DNA of 32,182 nucleotides from an uncultured bacterium (GTDB lineage Bacteria; Hydrothermota; UBA3073; NMUJ01): NCBI GenBank assembly GCA_965612795.1, contig CBFDTI010000006.1, positions 1 to 32,182 of the forward strand, read 5' to 3'. Shown piece by piece: positions 27,013 to 32,182 of this stretch (position 1 is its first letter; each line of letters starts with the position of its first letter). The notes under the pieces were generated by a model. It saw only the letters and a program-made list of their open reading frames with translations, ran no database searches and was not told where the DNA came from. The position numbers and the translations under genes were made by a program.

Positions 27013-29004
27013 ATGATGTGGTTTATCTTTGTGATCTGCTTAACAACAACCGATATACTTCCGGTTGTATTACCTAAGGTAGGGCTTACTATTGACGAGC
27101 TATCGCTTGCACCCAACAAGTTATGGTTCACCTATCCTAGTTCGTACTTCACCTTACCGGTGGTCGAAGGTATACTTGCCACCCCATCAGCTGTGGATGG
27201 GTTCACACGTAGCTTCTATACCGCATTCTATGGGTGTTTCAACGATACGTTTAGGTTAGCGCCCGCAATACAGCATCTTATGCGACGTGCAGGTTACAAG
27301 TCGGGCGCATACGGTAGTAATCTTGTGCTGAAGGTAGATGAGGCTGCACCGCTCGTACATGCATTATCTGACCTTTACTATAGGTGTGGCGAACGTCCAC
27401 AGCATCGTGGGTTTGCTGGTTACGAGGAAGAGGATAGGCTTAAGTTATGGGTGGATACATTCACTGTGGTGCCATGGTCTGTACGTAAGGTAATAGCTAA
27501 ACTCATGTATGGGATGCTGGAGATAAGTTATTGGGTACGCTCGATGTACGAAGATGTTGACCTAACCAAGCTGTTGTACCTTGAGGAACATTGGTACTAT
27601 CCATCGGATCGCAAGTTCGAACTATACGCACAGGAAGTGGCTACTGACCTACATTATGAACTCCTATGGTATGCAACTTCATTGTTGGCTCACCTCATAG
27701 ATTCTGTACGTAATACGTTGATGGAATTATCCACACGTGACTATCCGGAATTTGAGCTCACCATCAGCACACCCATGGGTGACCTCATCATCGGTGGTGC
27801 AGGTGCTAACATTTATCAGTTACAGAATGCGTTTCTTGTGTTCGACCTCGGTGGTGACGACCGATACACAGGCCGTATAGCGGCTACGTATCATAACTTG
27901 CCAGTTGCAATTGTTATCGATCTATCCGGTAACGATGTGTATCATTCAGATCTACCCGCAGGGCTTGCTACGGGTATGTTTGGTGTTGCATGCTTGTATG
28001 ATCTACATGGTGACGACCGGTACGAGGGTAGCTCACATGTGTTAGGTGCGGGTTACTTTGGTGCTGGCTTATTGATCGATGAACATGGTAATGACATGTA
28101 TCGTGCCACCAAAGATATTGCTGAAGCTGCTGGCATTTTCGGTGTAGGGGTGCTGGTGGATATCACAGGTAACGATTACTATTATGTAGGGGCTGAAGGT
28201 CAAGGTTACGGTGGCCCAAAAGGAGTGGGGTTACTTGTAGACGTCACCGGTAATGATAGCTACGAGAGTGAGCTCGACCCACACGTGTTCGATCGTGCTG
28301 ATTACCACACAGATTATAAGTACAATGCTACATCGTCACAAGGTGCAGGTATGGGTAGACGTGGTGATGGTGACGAAGGTTATTCGTGGTCCGGCGGTAT
28401 AGGGGCGTTGCTCGACTTCTATGGGGATGATGAGTACCTTGCAGGTAGTTTCTCACAGGGTATAGGGTACTGGTTCGGTATGGGGTTGCTTATCGACCTA
28501 CACGGTGACGATACTTACAAAAGCATATACTTCACGCAGGGGTCGGCAGCCCACTTCGCAATCGGTGTACTATGGGATGTTGCGGGAGACGACCGTCATG
28601 AACTATTCGCACAGAAAGGTGCTGCACTGGGGTTTGGTTGGGATTGTACCGTATCGTTGCTTTATGATAGCACAGGTAACGATTACTATACAGCTGATCG
28701 TATAAGTTTGGGTTGTGCCGAGGTTAATTCAATCGCTATGTTCATAGAGCTTGAGGGTAACGATACCTACGAATTCACGGGTAAGCTGGGGTTAGGGGCA
28801 ACCGATGCACGTGGGCCATTACGTCCAGAATGGGATGCACGCCAATATTTGATGCCAGCTTTTGGCTTATTCTACGATGCAGAAGGTATAGACAAATATA
28901 CGCAAGGTGTGTGGGATAACAACAAAGTATGGTTTATACCGGATTCAACTCGCTGGAAGGCATTACCTCCACATAAGCGTGGTATAGGTATCGATTTAGA
29001 GTAA
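27013..29004 (+). CDS. Uncharacterised exported protein with ~12 DxxG(D/N)DxY repeats
   Basis: DLGGDDRY, DLSGNDVY, DLHGDDRY, DEHGNDMY, DITGNDYY, DVTGNDSY, DFYGDDEY and others; start ATG 27013 or 27016. Confidence 0.8.
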   Translation: MMWFIFVICLTTTDILPVVLPKVGLTIDELSLAPNKLWFTYPSSYFTLPVVEGILATPSAVDGFTRSFYTAFYGCFNDTFRLAPAIQHLMRRAGYKSGAYGSNLVLKVDEAAPLVHALSDLYYRCGERPQHRGFAGYEEEDRLKLWVDTFTVVPWSVRKVIAKLMYGMLEISYWVRSMYEDVDLTKLLYLEEHWYYPSDRKFELYAQEVATDLHYELLWYATSLLAHLIDSVRNTLMELSTRDYPEFELTISTPMGDLIIGGAGANIYQLQNAFLVFDLGGDDRYTGRIAATYHNLPVAIVIDLSGNDVYHSDLPAGLATGMFGVACLYDLHGDDRYEGSSHVLGAGYFGAGLLIDEHGNDMYRATKDIAEAAGIFGVGVLVDITGNDYYYVGAEGQGYGGPKGVGLLVDVTGNDSYESELDPHVFDRADYHTDYKYNATSSQGAGMGRRGDGDEGYSWSGGIGALLDFYGDDEYLAGSFSQGIGYWFGMGLLIDLHGDDTYKSIYFTQGSAAHFAIGVLWDVAGDDRHELFAQKGAALGFGWDCTVSLLYDSTGNDYYTADRISLGCAEVNSIAMFIELEGNDTYEFTGKLGLGATDARGPLRPEWDARQYLMPAFGLFYDAEGIDKYTQGVWDNNKVWFIPDSTRWKALPPHKRGIGIDLE

Positions 29005-30420
29005 CCTGTACGTGAATCTGTGTTTCAGGTATAGTTTGAACCTCAATCTTGCATTAGTATCACCCACGTGATACCACACAGCTGCTGCTAACTTCGTACC
29101 CCAATATAGGCGTATACCCAGGATGAGCCATTCAACCGGTATCTCGGTGGGTGGCTCCCCCCTCTCGATACTGTATTCAGCGGGATGGATGAGATCGCCA
29201 TCACCATGGTTAAGATATTCACACTGGAGTGCGATACGCCAATCTTCCCCCACGTAGAAATTGTATTCCATGTATACGTTGAGCACATCGTTACCTGCCC
29301 AACATCCCAACGGTACACCAAACAACGTATACGCGTTATCGAACGTATAGTGTGTGTATGTCCATTTAGATACGTAAGCCAATTCCATACGTAATGTACT
29401 CCTACTCCATACCTTATAGAAGCCCACCGCATATGCGTACTTGCTGGGTTGGCCTGAGGTTTTGAACACCACAATATCATCGTCGATAAACTCACCGTAT
29501 AGCTTGATACCAGGAGATGGTAACCATTCACAGTCGATACCACCAACCAAATTATCCCTACCACCAACACGTTGCCTGCGTTGTGCTACATAGTATATCT
29601 GTACGGGGTTGAAGAGGCGTGGCCATTCGGCGGGATCAAACAGCACCGTCTCGAACACACCTACCCTAAAGTTGCGGGCAACAAATATATCAACCCTTTG
29701 TGTAGCTAACCCCTGCAACCTACGGGTACGCTGGCCGAGTGAATCGCTCTCCACGTCACTGCTAAACCCTAACCCTGCAAATAATCGTATCCCTTTATGT
29801 GCAAACTTTATGTGATAGATGTAATTAAATGGTAACGAATATGCGGAGAGTGCCACAGCTGTATGATACATGGGACCATAACGTACTGGTATACGACCTA
29901 TCTTTATGGATAGCTTCTGGAAAGAGAGGTTTACCCAACCCTCGAAATCCTCCACCTCGATTACGTTGGAGTACCCGACTATCGGTTCGTGCTCGCGGTG
30001 ACGTGGATAGTGAGGTTCAATCAATGGACTATATATCGGACGGTTGGTTGTTTTATCCCAACGTGAGTATAAACCCACTTTGTATCGAAACTGTAAACTA
30101 CTGAGGTTGAGAAATAGATCACAGGCTACCCCCGCTATACCTACGTAATCGTGGCCAAACCAATGTATCATACCAAATGGGTTCACTGCAAGTAGACTGT
30201 GACGTACCAGCCTAAGCCTCTGGTACAGGGATTGTTCATAGCTACCAGTTGGTACAAGATGCGCAAGTATTGAACGCACTTCTTGTGGCTCCAAAGGATA
30301 TAGGGCTGGTAGGCTTACACCATGCGCAGTAGCTATGAATTCAAGTTGTTGCCAGTACAATGGTTTGTGGCAACTGATGAGCGGTTCCTCGAATACCAGT
30401 AATACTGCAAGTAGAATCAC
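28996..30420 (-). CDS. Outer-membrane beta-barrel, capsule assembly Wzi-like
   Basis: IGRIPVRYGP, GVFETVLF, FNPV, DNLVGGID, LYGEFIDDD, LRMELA, YTH, PLGCWAGND. Start reassigned to GTG 30420, right after the pruA stop. Confidence 0.72.
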   Translation of the reverse strand: MILLAVLLVFEEPLISCHKPLYWQQLEFIATAHGVSLPALYPLEPQEVRSILAHLVPTGSYEQSLYQRLRLVRHSLLAVNPFGMIHWFGHDYVGIAGVACDLFLNLSSLQFRYKVGLYSRWDKTTNRPIYSPLIEPHYPRHREHEPIVGYSNVIEVEDFEGWVNLSFQKLSIKIGRIPVRYGPMYHTAVALSAYSLPFNYIYHIKFAHKGIRLFAGLGFSSDVESDSLGQRTRRLQGLATQRVDIFVARNFRVGVFETVLFDPAEWPRLFNPVQIYYVAQRRQRVGGRDNLVGGIDCEWLPSPGIKLYGEFIDDDIVVFKTSGQPSKYAYAVGFYKVWSRSTLRMELAYVSKWTYTHYTFDNAYTLFGVPLGCWAGNDVLNVYMEYNFYVGEDWRIALQCEYLNHGDGDLIHPAEYSIERGEPPTEIPVEWLILGIRLYWGTKLAAAVWYHVGDTNARLRFKLYLKHRFTYRLL

Positions 30421-30421
30421 C

Positions 30422-31972
30422 TCAATACCTGTGTGAAATAGTTTTCGCCTGTAAAAATAGCAGCAGGTAGTCTCTGCCGCCAGCTTTTGAATCAGTACCT
30501 GACATGTTGAACCCACCAAACGGTTGTGACCCTACCAATGCGCCTGTACATTTGCGGTTAATGTAGAGGTTACCGACGAAGAACTCCTGTTTAGCTTTGT
30601 GTATCTTATCGGGGTTGAGCGTAAATACGGCACCCGTTAACCCATACTCTGTGGAGTTGGCAATCTCAATGGCGTGATCATAGTCTTTAGCACGTATCAC
30701 GGATAAAACAGGCCCGAATATCTCTTCCTGTGCAATCCTTGCGTAAGGGTCAACATCTGAGAATACCGTCGGCTCTATGTAATAACCGTTACCGGGTGCT
30801 TTTTTGCCACCTGTGAGTAACTTGCCCTCGGTTTTACCTATCTCAATATACTCAAGGATTGAGCGTTCCGCACGCTCGTTTATCACGGGACCCATGAAGT
30901 GATTCTCCTTAGCCGGCCCTATATCTATGGTTTTGACCTTATCGACAAGCGCATCGATAAACTTATCGTAGATTGAGTTCACCACTATCAATCTTGAAGC
31001 TGCTGAACATTTCTGCCCCTGATACCCATATGCGGAGACGATTATCTGGTCGATGGCATAGTCCCAATTAGGGAACTCATCATCCATGATGATGGCATCT
31101 TTACCACCCATCTCGGCGATGACGCGTTTGATCCATTTTTGACCCTTCTGCGGTTTGGCGGCAAGTTCGTTGATACGTAAGCCGACAGCTTTCGACCCCG
31201 TGAATGCTATCATACGGGTTTTGGGGTGTGACACAATAAAGTCACCAATTTCACCACCCGACCCTGGTATATAGTTGAGTACACCTGGTGGTAGGCCGGC
31301 TTCCTCCATGATCTCAACAAACTTATATCCGATAGTAGGTGAATCGCTTGCGGGTTTCAACACTACCGTGTTACCAGTCACCAATGCAGCTGTCGTCATA
31401 CCCACAAGTATAGCTAATGGGAAGTTCCATGGTGGGATGACAGCTACCACACCCAATGGTAGATAGACATATGTGTTGTGTTCACCCGGTAATTCGGTAA
31501 GCGGTTGACCCTCTGCATAGCGTAACATCTCACGTGCGTAGAACTCACAATAGTCGATAGCCTCGGCGACATCGGCATCAGCTTCGAGCCAGTTTTTGCC
31601 TACTTCGAACACCATCCATGCAGTGAGTTCGAACCTTTTCTTACGCATTATGCTGGCAGCACGTAGCAGTATGTTGGCACGTTCCTCAGGTGGTACACGG
31701 CTCCAGTAAGCGAACCTCTGATACGCAACCTCTATGGCGCGGTGGGCTTCATCAACCCCTGCTTTGGAGAATGTTGCAACCACCTGATCCTTATCGGATG
31801 GGTTTATTGAGACGAAGGTTTGGGCTGTCGATACCCTTTCACCCCCTATTATCAATGGATACGTGCGACCAAGTTCAGCCTCTACACGTGAAAGTGTCTC
31901 CTCCATACGCGATCTGTTATCGGGGAGTGTAAAATCGGTAAATGGTTCGTTCTTGAATGGTGTGAGCATCAT
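30422..31972 (-). CDS. pruA: L-glutamate gamma-semialdehyde (P5C) dehydrogenase
   Basis: PFKNEP, PPWNFP, FTGS, AEMGGKD, GQKCSA, EEIFGP, GTDSKAGG; AAGGAGG SD. Confidence 0.95.
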   Translation of the reverse strand: MMLTPFKNEPFTDFTLPDNRSRMEETLSRVEAELGRTYPLIIGGERVSTAQTFVSINPSDKDQVVATFSKAGVDEAHRAIEVAYQRFAYWSRVPPEERANILLRAASIMRKKRFELTAWMVFEVGKNWLEADADVAEAIDYCEFYAREMLRYAEGQPLTELPGEHNTYVYLPLGVVAVIPPWNFPLAILVGMTTAALVTGNTVVLKPASDSPTIGYKFVEIMEEAGLPPGVLNYIPGSGGEIGDFIVSHPKTRMIAFTGSKAVGLRINELAAKPQKGQKWIKRVIAEMGGKDAIIMDDEFPNWDYAIDQIIVSAYGYQGQKCSAASRLIVVNSIYDKFIDALVDKVKTIDIGPAKENHFMGPVINERAERSILEYIEIGKTEGKLLTGGKKAPGNGYYIEPTVFSDVDPYARIAQEEIFGPVLSVIRAKDYDHAIEIANSTEYGLTGAVFTLNPDKIHKAKQEFFVGNLYINRKCTGALVGSQPFGGFNMSGTDSKAGGRDYLLLFLQAKTISHRY

Positions 31973-32041
31973 ACCTCCTTTATGGAAAGTCTAAACCCAA
32001 CCCTTAAAATTTAAACATGGGTTTGTTTCATGCATTAAATT

Positions 32042-32068
32042 AAATTAGCACCAATACCTGCGTGTCAA
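32042..32068 (-). promoter_or_regulatory. Putative promoter of pruA
   Basis: TTGACA-N15-TAATTT. Confidence 0.55.
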
Positions 32069-32094
32069 TCTACGTGAAGAACGTCAGAGGGAGG

Positions 32095-32121
32095 TTGACA
32101 CATATAATAAAATCTTATTTT
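32095..32121 (+). promoter_or_regulatory. Putative promoter of the next gene
   Basis: TTGACA-N15-TATTTT, then AAGGAGG SD. Confidence 0.55.
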
Positions 32122-32140
32122 TGATAGCAAGGAGGGTTCA

Positions 32141-32182
32141 ATGAGTCTATGGGTGGTTTCCAAGACACGGTTTGATGTTGTA
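32141..32182 (+). CDS. 5' end of an unidentified gene (MSLWVVSKTRFDVV...)
   Basis: AAGGAGG SD, ATG, frame open to the window end. Confidence 0.6.
   Translation, partial: MSLWVVSKTRFDVV

Noticed and set aside
1..32182. CRISPR array, integrase, IS element or prophage
   Set aside because: No regularly spaced repeats or mobile-element genes were seen; the tRNA has no duplicated 3' end in the window.

Overview
This is a contig-end window from a compact Gram-negative bacterial genome. An FCB-related lineage such as candidate division WOR-3 is my inference, from a GWxTD protein, a Wzi-like protein and an S8 peptidase with a T9SS/FlgD-like C-terminal domain. Bases 4-73 are untrimmed Illumina Nextera adapter. 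Bases ~74-3700 are an AT-rich, rearranged Rhs polymorphic-toxin locus on the minus strand: a 30-codon N-terminal remnant, an internally deleted Rhs core with an NlpC/P60-like C-terminal domain, a coupled 673-aa secreted double beta-propeller candidate immunity protein, and a further Rhs fragment cut by the contig end. The rest is tightly packed housekeeping DNA: OMP-mrp; tRNA-Arg(ACG)-rpsP-khpA-trmD-rplS-rnhB-yraN-comM-DUF2520-DUF3108 (no rimM); lipoprotein-rsmE-rpsU-mutS2-nnr-glnA-recX-nfeD; GYD-like-polX-NTPase; S8 peptidase-nucleotidyltransferase; GWxTD; a DxxG(D/N)DxY repeat protein; pruA-Wzi-like. Three window-wide signals stand out. First, many exported-family proteins start with ultra-short (~8-11 aa) uncharged hydrophobic leaders instead of normal signal peptides. 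Second, nearly every promoter-like site is TTGACn followed by a -10-like box at 15-16 nt rather than 17 nt, and several look leaderless. Third, the palindrome CACGTG is unusually frequent in core genes. All counts are by eye and all product calls rest on motif recognition, not database searches.
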